From the NCBI RefSeq assembly GCF_006345805.1, contig NC_042998.1:6510001-6574000 (forward strand): a stretch of 64,000 nt of DNA, read 5' to 3'. The stretch's first letter is position 1; every line of letters begins with the position of its first letter. Source of the DNA: Octopus sinensis (lineage: Eukaryota). Below the pieces are notes generated by a model. It made no database searches and was not told the DNA's origin. It worked only from the letters and a program-made list of their open reading frames with translations. Shown one piece after another: positions 50,996 to 63,791 of this stretch. The position numbers and the translations under genes were made by a program.

Positions 50996-51380
50996 GTGGA
51001 GGCGCAATGGCCCAGTGGTTAGGGTAGCGGACTCGCGGTTATAGGATCGCGGTTTCGATTCCCAGACCAGGCGTTGTGAGTGTTTATTGAGCAAAAACAC
51101 CTAAAAGCTCCACGAGGCTCCGGCAGGGGATGGTGGTGATCCCTGCTGTACTCTTTCACCACAACTTTCTCTCACTCTTACCTCCTGTTTCTGTTGTACC
51201 TGTATTTCAAGGGGCCAGCCTTGTCACTTTCTGTGTCATGCTGAATATCCCCGAGAACTACGTTAAGGGTACACATGTCTGTGGAGTGCTCAGCCACTTA
51301 TATGTTAATTTCACGAGCAGGCTGTTCCGTTGATTCGGATCAACCGGAACACTCATCGTCATAACCGACAGAGTGCTTCC
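50996..51380 (+). mobile_element. SINE family D
   Basis: 11-bp TSD catatacatct (50984-50994 and 51386-51396). Confidence 0.85.
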
Positions 51381-51786
51381 AGTCCCATATACATCTTTCC
51401 ACCAACTTTAAAGAATCTTGCTATGTCTTCCCTGGTACTTTATCTTTTTTTTTTTTGCCAGGCAGCAATTTATCAAAGACTGATTTTAATTCCCTTACAA
51501 ACATCAGTACCACTGGTGAGCTATCTACTAGTGTATTCAGATTTGGTGTCACACGGTACACTCTTAAAAATTGTGGTAGAGATAGCTCATCCACGGCTTA
51601 TTTGATTTTCTTAAGGGTCTTTTGAAGATATCAACAAAGCATTCTACCAGTCCATTAGATCTGGGATGGTATGGTGCAGTAGCTACATGTTCTACCATAG
51701 ACATTTCACAAAGCTTTTTGAATTCGACAGCCATAAATTGCGTTCCATTGTCAGACACTATCTTGTCTGGGATGCCAAATCTTGCA

Positions 51787-52529
51787 AACACACACACACA
51801 CACATACACACACAAACACACAAACACACACACGCACACACAAACACACACACACACGCACAAACACACACAAACACACACAAATACACACAAACACACA
51901 CACACACACACAAATACACACACACAGACACACACACACACATACACACACACATACACACACATGCACACACACACACGCACACACACACACACACAAA
52001 CCACACACACACAAACACACACACACAAACACACACGCACACACAAACACACACACACACACGCACACACAAACACACAGACAGACACACACCCACCCAA
52101 ACACACACAAACACACACACAAACACACACACACACACACAAACACACACCCACCTACACACATACACATGCACATGCACACACACACACGCACACACCC
52201 ACGCCACATGCACAACACACAAACACACACAAACACACACACACCAAAGCACACCACACAACACACACCAACACACCCCCCCCACACACACACCACACAC
52301 AAACACACACACACACACACACCACAAACACCACCACAAGACACACCCACCCAAACACACAAACACACACACACACACACACACACACCCACCCCCCAAA
52401 CACACACAAACACAACACAAACACCACACACAAACACAACACACACAGACACAACACACACAACACCACACACACACACAAACACACACACACACAAACC
52501 ACACTCACACTCACACACACACAACACAC

Positions 52530-52569
<40 letters not shown>

Positions 52570-52655
52570 AACACACACTCACACTCACATACACACAAAC
52601 ACCACACACACCACACACCAGACACACACCCACCCAAACAACACACCACCAACAC

Positions 52656-52686
<31 letters not shown>

Positions 52687-53159
52687 CACACCCACCCAAA
52701 CACACACAAACACACACAAACACACACACACACAAACACACACAACAAACACACACGCACACACAAACACACACACACACGCACACACAAAAACACAGAC
52801 AGACACACACACACCAAACACACACAAAACACACACCACAAACACACACACACACACACAAAACACACACACCTACACACTACACATGCACATGCACACA
52901 ACACACACACGCACACACACACACGCACATGCACCACACACAAACACACACAAACACACACACACAAAAACACACACACACAACACACACACAAAAACCA
53001 CACACACACCACACACACACACACAAACACACCACACCACACCCACCCAAACACACACAAACACACACACACACACACACAGACACACCCACCAAAACAC
53101 ACAAACACACACAAACACACACACACACACAAACACACACAGACACAAAACACACAACA

Positions 53160-53192
<33 letters not shown>

Positions 53193-53218
53193 AACACACA
53201 CTCACACTCACACACACA

Positions 53219-53264
<46 letters not shown>

Positions 53265-53437
53265 AACACACACTCACACTCACACACACACAACACACAC
53301 ACACACACACACAGACACACACCCACCCAAACACACACAAACACACACAAAAACACACACACACACACACACAGACACACACCCACCCAAACACACACAA
53401 ACACACACAAACACACACACACACGCACGCACACACA
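51787..53437. repeat. 1.65-kb complex (AC)n-derived low-complexity array
   Basis: Plus strand is almost only A and C. It is the source of all the long His/Thr and Cys/Val ORFs. Confidence 0.95.
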
Positions 53438-54089
53438 TTGTGCTGATATATTTAACTGGATTGGCAAAGTAGTTAGGCATGCAGATTGTTGTGGTACAGG
53501 AATAAAAGGTTGTTACATTGTGGTGAAGCAGGATGCAGGGCCACTGAGAGAAATTTTGCAAGGCAGAACTAGGTTGCTTCAGGCTACCTGAGAAGAGGAT
53601 GGAGCCTCATCTTGATTACAAGGTCTCTTCTTATATCTTTAGGTCATTCCTCATGCTGCAGACTAAAGTTCTTCCATAGGCTGTGGCAGAAAACTGTTAT
53701 AGAAGTGTAAATTATTGTGCGACTAGCTGGTCCCGTGCCATCAAACATGACGGCTAATTGTAGAATTTTATATATAAATAAGGTACAAAATAAGGTACAT
53801 AATAATCACAAGTACAAACATTCACCTACTTCCCTTGTACATACACAAACACATGCGCACACACACACACACTCACACTCACACGTACACAGAGTTGAAA
53901 TGCTGTTTGATTTTTCTTTTCAGCATTGAATGTTCACCACCCGAGACAGTTTTTCTCTTTTTATATTTCTCTTTTTTATTTTTCTTTCTTTTTCTTTCCT
54001 TGTTCCTCTTTTACCAATTTTATTTTTGGATATTACGTAATAATTTTTCTAAAGGAAAAATTATTATGTAATATCCAAAAATAAAAATG

Positions 54090-54257
54090 GAACTAAGAAT
54101 AAATATTTTTAACTCTAACGTAAAAGCAGTGTTATTGTATGGGGCTGAGACATGGCGAACAACATTTAAATCAAATAAGCAAATAGAATCATTCATCAAC
54201 AGATGCTTGTGTAGTATACTTAAAATTAGATGGCCCGAACACATAAGCAATTTTTTT
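54090..54257 (+). mobile_element. Internal RTE fragment inverted relative to the adjacent RTE
   Basis: IFNSNVKAVLLYGAETW...INRCL.SILKIRWPEHIS. Reverse-complement match to 54565-54725. Confidence 0.8.
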
Positions 54258-54860
54258 TCTGCCTTTAACCTCCCAACGCGGAGTATAGGCCACTTATAGT
54301 TGAATCCCATGTCGCATAATTTTTTGCTTCTGTACTAATACTCTGCCATAAAAGTCCCCCTTTTTCTAGTTCCTTTTGTGATGATCTCCGACACGAGTTC
54401 TTAGACCTACCTCTCCTTCTATATCCAACCGGTTTCCACTTTAAAGCACTTTTTGCTACATTTGGTGTTTCTTTTCTAATTGTGCTACTAATCCACTTCC
54501 ACTTATTCTTAAATATTTGATCCTAAATCAAAGCTTCATTTCTTCTTTGCCATAGCTCCATATCACTTATGTGTTCAGGCCATCTAATTTTAAGTATACT
54601 ACGCAAGCATCTGTTGATGAATGATTCTATTTGCTTATTTGACTTAAATGTCATTCACCATGTCTCATCCCCATACAATAACACTGCTTTTACGTTAGTG
54701 TTAAAAATTCTTATTTTGTTCTTTATTGAAATTACACCTGCACTCCATACTTTTTTTAACAGGTGAAAAACGGTCCTTGCCTTACTTATTCTCGTCTTAA
54801 TATCTTCATTGGTGCCGCCTAAAAACATTATCTTACTACCTAAATATGTTAACTCGGCTA
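54258..54860 (-). mobile_element. RTE-clade LINE 3' fragment
   Basis: Same family and nearly the same truncation point as 181-790. Confidence 0.8.
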
Positions 54861-55585
54861 CATCCACTAGTTCATAATAATCATAATTTACATTGTAATT
54901 AAGAATTTAACTGAAAAAAACAAATCAACAAAACAAATATCTGTTAATGATAATTTATATATATCTATGTAGTGAACAGTTATAGAATAGCTAAACGGAC
55001 TCAGATTCAAAATCCCAAATCAACATTTTTCAACACTGTCAAGGAAATCTTTAACCCATTATTTTCTCATCTGTCCACTTAGAGATTAATGTGAATAAGC
55101 TGACCTCCTGATCTCTCTCTGATTCTGCAGTTAACTGTGGTAATACTGGAAAAAAAAAAAATCTATTGTTCTCAGTTGACCTACTTTAATTACTAAGCAT
55201 ATGAATATAGATCCAAATATTAAGTCCATCTCTTTAGTAAATTCAGTGCCAACCAAGAGCATAGCCTGTCACACTTGAGAATAGAATTATCACTCACTCT
55301 AATTATAAAGTCAAATATTACCAGGTCTTTCTTTGTAGTAGCCATGGAGAAACTACTAATACACAATGAACTATGGATCCACAGAAAATATTTTGCTGCA
55401 ACAAGTAACTTGTGTACACACAACAATGCGACACAACATCGTTAATTTTATATTGTAATTACTAATATTATAATCAACTTTATATACAGCCATATTAATC
55501 AATCAAGCGACTATCATTCTTCAGCCATTTTTGATCTGCATTATCACATAAAAACTTCAGCATCATTATGTATATATGTGTGTAT

Positions 55586-55627
<42 letters not shown>

Positions 55628-55744
55628 TTATAAGAGGTAATGGTAATATTGAAACCCAAAGTGTTATAGACAGACCATAGTTAAGTTCTAGGTTCAGTAA
55701 TTTTGCGAATAAAGGGTTCAACGTTGGTTCTATGTTAGTGTGTG

Positions 55745-55933
55745 TATATAAGAATTTTTTGCGCAATGAGATAAAAAAAACCAAAGCCGTGTAAGATATT
55801 AGAGCATTTATAGATAGAGAAAAAAATTCATATCTATAAATTTATAGATAGATATAGATAGTATCTATAAATGCTCTAAAATCTACACACCCTTGGTTTT
55901 TTAATCTCATTACACAAAGAATTCTTATATATA
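55745..55933. repeat. Imperfect inverted repeat with a central perfect 20-bp palindrome
   Basis: Arms at 55745-55816 and 55862-55933. TATCTATAAATTTATAGATA at 55831-55850. Confidence 0.8.
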
Positions 55934-56113
55934 TAACCAGCTGATCTAGCAAGCGGGGCCTCATATCAGTAAGGGGGGGCCGGTGCGCATTGATGCCGTT
56001 GAAAGGTAGGCCCCAAAACGGCGCGCATTCTCTCCTGATGACCCCATACACTTGCTAGCTTCCGGTATACGCAGCTTTTGACTGGTAGCACTTGCATGTG
56101 CAAGTTGTTTGCA

Positions 56114-56155
<42 letters not shown>

Positions 56156-57729
56156 TCTACCACTGGTATTTGAGTACTCTTTTTTTCCACCTTGTTTCAC
56201 ATTTATGTGTTTACTCCGGTATATATATATGTATATATATATATAATTAATATTATCAAAGGGTAATCTGAAATATTAGAAATTTCCATTATCAGTGGCC
56301 TAGCATGCAAAAGTTTAGTCAGTAGACGATATATTATTCATATATATATTGTGTACATTTAAACACATTAGAGGTATCCATCATAGGACTACCTGGTCCA
56401 GGAGCTAGATGGTAAATGTTTTTTTGCTTTTCATTCCCTTCGAAATTTTATCCCTAATAGTGGTTTGGAATTTTACTGTCCTCTCTAGTATGCAGGTCGT
56501 CCTATGATGGCTGCCTCTTATATGTTTAAATGTACACTGTATTTATATATATATATATATATATATATTCTGAGAACCCCTTCAGTCATGACACAGACCA
56601 TGGGATTGCACCTAGAAAGTTACCCTCCCAGGCACAAGTCCGGGCAAGGTCGTTTATGGAAGACCAGCAGTCGCCCATACATACTGGGCTCCCCTCTCCA
56701 TGCCACCAGTGTTATCCAAAGGAAAGGCAATGGCCGATACAGCAACTCATTTCTACAGCTGAGTGAACTGGAGTAACGTGAAATAAAGTGTCTTGCTCAA
56801 GAACACAACACGCAGCCCAGTCCGGTATTTGAGCTCACAACCTCACAATCGTAAGCTCGACGCTCTAACCACTGAGCCATGTGCCATCACACACACACAT
56901 ATATATATATGTATGTATATACATATATATATATATATATACATATATACATACATATATATATACATACACACACACACACACACATACACGTATTGGG
57001 GTATCCATGTGTCTCCTCTACAGCAAGACACCTATTTCTACCCTTCCATTATAGTTTTTACATCTCACCAGTTGGTACAAAGCTATGTTCTACAATGCTG
57101 TTCCCACTCCTAGTCAAGAAGTCTCATAGTAACCCTGCCAATGCTGGTGCCATGGAATATGCACCCGGAGGGGTATCCTGTCACAGAAACCATGTCAAAG
57201 CTGACAATGGAACTCGGTCCTGTCCCCTGGCTTGCCAGTTCCTGTCAAACCATCCAATCCATGCGAGCATAGAAAAACACCCGTTAAGTGATGATGATGA
57301 TAATGATGATGTCGGTAAAATTAAAATTGTATGAAAACGGAGAGTTGAGGATGTATATTTAATTTATTTGTATCATAGTTTGTCGTTAAGGTATAAATAC
57401 AAATAAATTTTCAAAAATCACAATAGAAGACTCAAAAACCTGGCATATGTTTCGATTCTGGCCTCTTGGTAATGCATAGTTCAAAGCATTTGGGTTAAAT
57501 CCAATGTTAAGAATTCAAGCTGTAAGGGATAAAATCTTTTCAGAGATTTTGTTTTAATAATAACGAAGGTTACATCTCTCTCGAAGAGATTCAAATCAAC
57601 AACTAAAAAAGTTTCACATGTTATTTCATAAATATTGCATGTAGATATTTGCTAAGGTTATAATTCAAATAAGTAAAAGTAAATATAAAATAAAATAAAC
57701 ATATTAAAAAAAATATATATGAATAATAT

Positions 57730-58132
57730 AAGCACAGGAGTGGCTGTGTGGTAAGTAGCTTGCTTATCAACCACATGGTGCCGGGTTCAGTCCCACTGCA
57801 TGGCACCGTGGGCAAGTGTCTTCTACTATAGCCTTGGGTTGACCAAAGCCTTGTGAATGGATTTGGTAGACGGAAACTGAAAGAAGTTCATCGTACATAT
57901 GTATATGTATTTGTGTGTGTGTTTGTGTGTCTGTGTTGCCCCCCCCTTCCCCAACATCACTTGACAACCGATGCTGGTGTGTTTACGTCCCCGTAACTTA
58001 GCAGTTCGGCAAAAGAGAATGATAGAATAAGTACTAGGTTTACAAAGAATAAGTCCTGGGGTTGATTTGTTCGACTAAAGGCGGTGCTCCAGCATGGCCA
58101 CAGTCAAATGACTGAAACAAGTAAAAGAGTAG
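57730..58132 (+). mobile_element. SINE family A
   Basis: Head, body and tail match. Confidence 0.85.
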
Positions 58133-58410
58133 AAGTGTAGTATGAATAATAAAACATTGTTATATCTTTAATGGAAAATAATTATGTAATAAAATAAAGT
58201 AAATAAATTAGGAAAATATACAATAAATAATAAATAATAAATAAATCGCTATAATTGTATAATTTCCATCGGTATGCTAGCAGACACTAGTAAATATTCA
58301 TGTATACATGTTCATCGAATCATATTTAATCAAATCTAATTGTTTATATATGTGTTAGTATCTACTCAAATTTGAATATTCTATGTTTTAATTGATGTAT
58401 TATTCAAGTT

Positions 58411-58452
<42 letters not shown>

Positions 58453-59264
58453 TGTATACAGTAAGCATATATGTTTTCTTATATATATATATTTATGTTC
58501 AACAATTGGTTAAATATAATGCAGTTAGTATATATGCAGTCGTATATAATTCTGTGTTTGTTCTAAAAGGGGGGTAAAAATGAAAATAAAATAAAATAAA
58601 ATAAAAAGGGGATAAACAGAATAAATTAAAATTAAAGTATAATAGAAGATATAGAAATCTAAGAATACAGATCTATCAGTTCATATATTTATATACTAAG
58701 AAAATGCATATTACATTTCTTTCTATGTATATTATGTATATTCTATGTATATCATTAATTTGTGTTTAGTTAAAGAAAAAAAAAAAACCAATTGAATATT
58801 TCATAGACCTGTTAGTTCATTCAAGTATCTAATTGGGAGTTAATATAAAACTGAATTATTTATGTAACTGTGAAAAGTTATACTATTTACTTATAAGAAT
58901 TTATTTATAATACATTCATGTATTTTGTAATAAAACTGGATACAATTAAGTAAAATAAAATAAGTCAATATTACATAAATATTTATTAAATGTGTATAAA
59001 TGTTTAAAAACAGTAATATGTTTAAGTTAGAATTTATGTAAATAAAGGCAGACAGTCATATAAATTGGAATAAATGAATGATTATTTCTACTTATGTACA
59101 CACACACACACATACACACACACATGCACACACACGCACACACACACACACGCACACACACACACATATATGTATTATGTTTAAATTATAGTTTTGTATA
59201 TTAAGGTAAAATGTCCAATAGTTTATTAATTGAAATAATAAATCTCTTATTATTAATGTATATA

Positions 59265-59835
59265 TAAGGTGGCAAGCTGTCACAAGTGTTAGCACACCGG
59301 GCAAAATGCTTAGCGGTATTTTGTCTGTTGCTACATTCTGAGTTCAAATTCCACCGAGGTCAACTTTGCCTTTCATCCTTTTTGGGTCGATAAATTAAGT
59401 ACCAGTCGTGCACTGGGGTCGATATAATCGACTTAATCCGTTTGTCTGTCCTTGTTTGTCCTCTCTATGTTTAGCCCCTTGTGGGTAGTAAAAAAATAGG
59501 TATTTCGTCTGCTGCTACATTCTGAGTTCAAATTCCGCCAAGGTCGACTTTGCCTTTCATCTTTTCGGGGTTGATTAAATAAGTATCAGTTATGCACTGG
59601 GGGGTCGATATAATTGACTCAATCCGTTTGTCCTCTCTGTGTTTAGCCCCTTGTGGGTAGTAAAGAAATAAGTATTTCGTCTATCTTTACGTTCTGAATC
59701 CAAATTCTGCCAAGGTCGATTTTACCTTTCATCCCTTGGGGGTCGATAAATTAAGTACCAGTTACACACTGGTGTCGATCTAATCGACTGGCCCCCTCCC
59801 CCCAAATTTCGAGCTTTGTGCCTACAGTAGAAAGG
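59265..59835 (+). mobile_element. Family C SINE multimer: one head with three tandem bodies
   Basis: The gtatttcgtct...ttctgagttcaaattc...gtcgataaattaagtacc unit restarts near 59500 and 59670. Confidence 0.8.
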
Positions 59836-59841
59836 GTTATT

Positions 59842-59872
<31 letters not shown>

Positions 59873-60116
59873 GTTTAACGTCCGCTTTCCATGCTAGCAT
59901 GGGTTGGACGGTTCAACTGGGGTCTGGCAAGCCCGAAGGCTGCACCAGGCCAGTCAGATGTGGCAGTGTTTCTACAGCTGGATGCCCTTCCTAATGCCAA
60001 CCACTCCGAGAATGTAGTGGGTGATTTTATGTGCCACCAACACAGGTGCCAGACGAGGCTGGCAGACGACCACGCTCGGATGGTGTTTTTTATGTGCCAC
60101 CAACACAGGTGCCAGA

Positions 60117-60150
<34 letters not shown>

Positions 60151-61054
60151 GTATATATATATATATGTGTGTGTATATCTAGAAATATCTTTTATTATAT
60201 ATTCAGGTATTAATATGGAAATATCTCTAATAATTGAATATATTACATCATAACATCTACAATACAACAATGTATTAATCCTAATCAGATATATATTAAT
60301 ATATCTAGTTTTATCGTTTTATTTTATGATAATTTTAAGGGAATGTTTAATAATTCCTAGAGGACACACGTAATTCAGATATCTACCAATATATTTAGTC
60401 TATAATTTAACAATATTATAAAATAAAAATTATTTTAAAGGTTAATATAGAACATATCCAATCTACTATTTAATAACAATAATTTGGAAATCAATTAGTG
60501 ATATTTAGAAAATGGGTATTTAGGTGCACATAGGGATGCCGAAACTTCGTCAGTGCTCTTATTCAATAATTGTTTTTTAGAGAATAGAATATTATAGTTT
60601 TCTGTTGTACACTAGGAACAAATTTTATCTGGGGAATTATTAGATTTCACAAAGGCTAATGTTTTCCACCTAATTTTGAAACTAATATTGCTATCTTTTA
60701 ATTTCCAGATGAATTTGATAAGGCTTGTATTATTACATTTAATGCTATTTCTAAAAGAAAAGATATGTAGGTTTTTTTTGAGTTTTCTTCGTGTTTTTTG
60801 AAAATATATTTGTATTTATATCTTAACAAATTATGATACAAATATATATTTTACTATACATCTTCAAATTACCATTTTCTTACATTAATATTTTAATTAT
60901 TATAATAATTCTTAACACATCATGGAAATTTTCTTCTAATATTATGGTGATTAAACCAGAGAAATTTTAGATTTACCAATCACTAATGAGGATAAGATAT
61001 GCTTGAGCTGACTATTCATACGTACATACATACATACATACATACATACATACA

Positions 61055-61090
<36 letters not shown>

Positions 61091-61533
61091 TATATATACA
61101 TACATATATATATATATATATAATAATAATGTATACATATATATATATGTATATGCAATTGCTTTTTTTTCAATATGTGTCTACCAAATCCATTCACATG
61201 TCTTCGGCTGGTCAGGGGCTGTAGTAGAAGACACTTGCCCATGGTGCTACATGGTGGTACTGAATTAGAAACGAGAAGCAAACTCCTTGATCATACAACC
61301 ACGCCTGTGTCTCGAGCTGGCAGAACAGCCAGGTCTTTGGATAAAATGCTTAGCAGAATTTTCTCAGTCTTTATGTTCTGAGTTCAAATTCCACTGAGAT
61401 CAACTTTGTATTTTATCATTTCATGATCCATAAAATAAATACCAGTCAAGCACTGAGGTCGATTACATCAACCAACTCCCTCTCTTGCAATTTCCATCCT
61501 TTTATTATTATTATGAAGCAAAAATATTTTATG

Positions 61534-61778
61534 CTGTTGTGTCTGAGGAGAGTCATTTTCTTTTTGGGCCTTAAAATGTAACATACTCACTGGTAAAATT
61601 TCCACTTATTTCTTATTTTTATTTTTCTAAAATTTTGTTGAGTCAAGACTATTGAAAAGGTTGCAAGATGCAACGAAAATTTTAGGTAAATAAAAATAAG
61701 AAATAAGTGGAAATTTTACCATTGAGTGTGTTACATTATAAGGCACAAAAAGAAAATGACTCTCCCCAGACACAACAG
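61534..61778. mobile_element. Foldback/MITE-like palindrome
   Basis: Arms of about 107 bp (61534-61640 and 61671-61778) with few mismatches and a 30-nt spacer. Confidence 0.85.
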
Positions 61779-62758
61779 AATATACTTCAACACACGAACT
61801 CATATAAAGAATCTTGCAAACCAAATCCAAAAACGAAATATTTTATGTATTATAAATTTAAGATTTGAAATTCTTTCTTAAGGATTTCATGTGTAGCCGC
61901 AGTCTGATAGCCATCTCTCAAAGTTCAAGAAAGATAGTTCTAAAGTTTCATGCTGAATAACCTGCACAAACTATTTTGCTTATAGTGATCAAATATATGT
62001 CCTCTAATTAGCTCACTCCCTCCATCAAATTACCTGAACAGGTGCATAATGTACCACAGATCAGGTGTTGAAGTGATCATAGAGCAATGTGAAGAGTTTT
62101 GCTCAAGAGCACATTGCACCACCCCAGCCATGAATTGAAACCGTGATCTTGCAATCAAGTGTGTAACACCCAAACCACAAGGCCACACCTCCTCACAATC
62201 TATAATGATCATAACAAGCATTCAGCTCCTGCCATGCAAACAAGTGGCAAATCCACTTCTAATGAAAAACATTTCCTCCAATGCAGATTAATAGATAAAT
62301 GGAAAATCAATAGATAAACCAATAGATTAAAATAAAATCGATAGATGAAACAAGATTATTGATTACTAACTTAATCACTTGGCCTCACAGTTTGAGGGAG
62401 GGAAAAATTGATCATACCAAACTCAGTGCTGGGTTGGAACTATCGAGAGAAGCAGCTTTAGTTTGACTATCTGTCTCTCTGTGAAATCAGCAAAATAAGT
62501 ATGAATAGTACTCTAGGACAGGTTGGTATAGTGTTACTAATTTACACTTACACTTATACTTTTACTTGTTTCAGTCATTTTGACTGCGACCATGCTGGAG
62601 CACCGCCTTTAGTTGCGCAAATCAACCCCAGGACTTATTCTTTGTAAGCCTAGTACTTATTCTATCGGTCTCATTTGCTGAACTGCTAAGTTACAGGGAC
62701 GTAAACACACCAGCAGCGGTTGTCAAGTGACATTGGGGGGACAAATACAGACACACAA

Positions 62759-62826
<68 letters not shown>

Positions 62827-63563
62827 CATCATCATCATCATCGTTTAACGTCTGTTTTCCATGCTAGCATGGGTTGGACATAAATATATATATGTATATA
62901 TATACACATACATATATATATATACATATACATATATACGATGGGCTTCTTTCAGTTTCTGTCTACCAAATCTACTCACAAGGCTTTGGTCAGCCGAGGC
63001 TATAGTAGAAGACACTTGCCCAAGGTGCCACACAGTGGGAATGAACCTGGAACCATGTGGTTGGTAAGCAAGCTACTTACTACACAGCCACTCCTGCACC
63101 TGAATTTAATGCACTTTTCGTAATTTTGAGAATGAACTTTAGGTTAAAAACGTAAATGTAATTGCTGTTATTGATCAACCCTAACTCATCTCTGATCAAA
63201 TGGAGGCACATGGAATGGTGGTTAGGGTGTTGGACTCATGATCACAAGGTCATGGTTTCAATCCCTGGACCAGGTGATGCATTGTGTTCTTAAACAAAGC
63301 ACTTCATTTCATGTTGCTCCAGTCCACTGAGTAATCCTGTGATGGGCCAGCGTCCCATCCAGGAAGAAATATAAACACTAGTGAAACAGGGAAACTGGCC
63401 CTAAGCCCCTTAGGGAGTAATGTAGACTAACACCATCTCTGATCAAGCAAAACCATGATCAAATGCATTCCAGACATGGTCAATGTCATATTGTATAACT
63501 AAGACTATTTTCATTATTTACATTATTTACATTTGACAGATATTTGTCCTCATCTTTGTTGAC

Positions 63564-63609
63564 AACACAACGTTTCGGTTGATATACCCCCCAGCCTTCA
63601 TCAGGTGTC
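63564..63609 (-). ncRNA. Minimal type I hammerhead ribozyme motif (Penelope-like)
   Basis: GACAC-CUGAUGA-A-GGCUG-loop-CAACC-GAAAC-GUU-GUGUU: intact core, 5-bp stem I, stem II with one mismatch and a palindromic loopless stem III. Confidence 0.65.
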
Positions 63610-63657
63610 TTAGGGAAATTGCGAACCTGGGTTCTCATTCCTAAGGTATTTTTCAAT

Positions 63658-63702
63658 GTTGTTATTGTTGTTGTTGTTGTTGTTGTTATTATTATTATTA
63701 TA

Positions 63703-63776
<74 letters not shown>

Positions 63777-63791
63777 CATTATTATTATTAT
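63658..63791. repeat. (TTG)n/(TTA)n microsatellite
   Basis: Seen directly. It is the source of the poly-Ile and poly-Asn ORFs. Confidence 0.95.

Larger units (their letters stand above)
50700..53700 (-). mobile_element. Ty3/Gypsy pol (integrase) remnant interrupted by SINE D and a long AC-rich array
   Basis: FARFGIPDKIVSDNGTQF...HVATAPYHPRSNGLVE (integrase core, ~51600-51786), then QFLRVYRVTPN...SVFDKLLPG and FFKVG...SWEDGIITK. The match beyond 53440 is weak. Confidence 0.75.

Noticed and set aside
51622-53591. Longest ORFs (616, 641 and 554 aa; His/Thr-rich or Cys/Val-rich)
   Set aside because: They are stop-free translations of an (AC)n-derived array, open in all six frames, and are not genes.
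57330-57620. Penelope-like 3' end with a hammerhead remnant (GAAACATATGCC on the minus strand)
   Set aside because: The CUGANGA core is lost and the protein similarity is too weak to call.
58140-59090. Extremely AT-rich stretch considered as a NUMT or parasite contamination
   Set aside because: No recognisable mitochondrial gene, and it is interleaved with the host SINEs.
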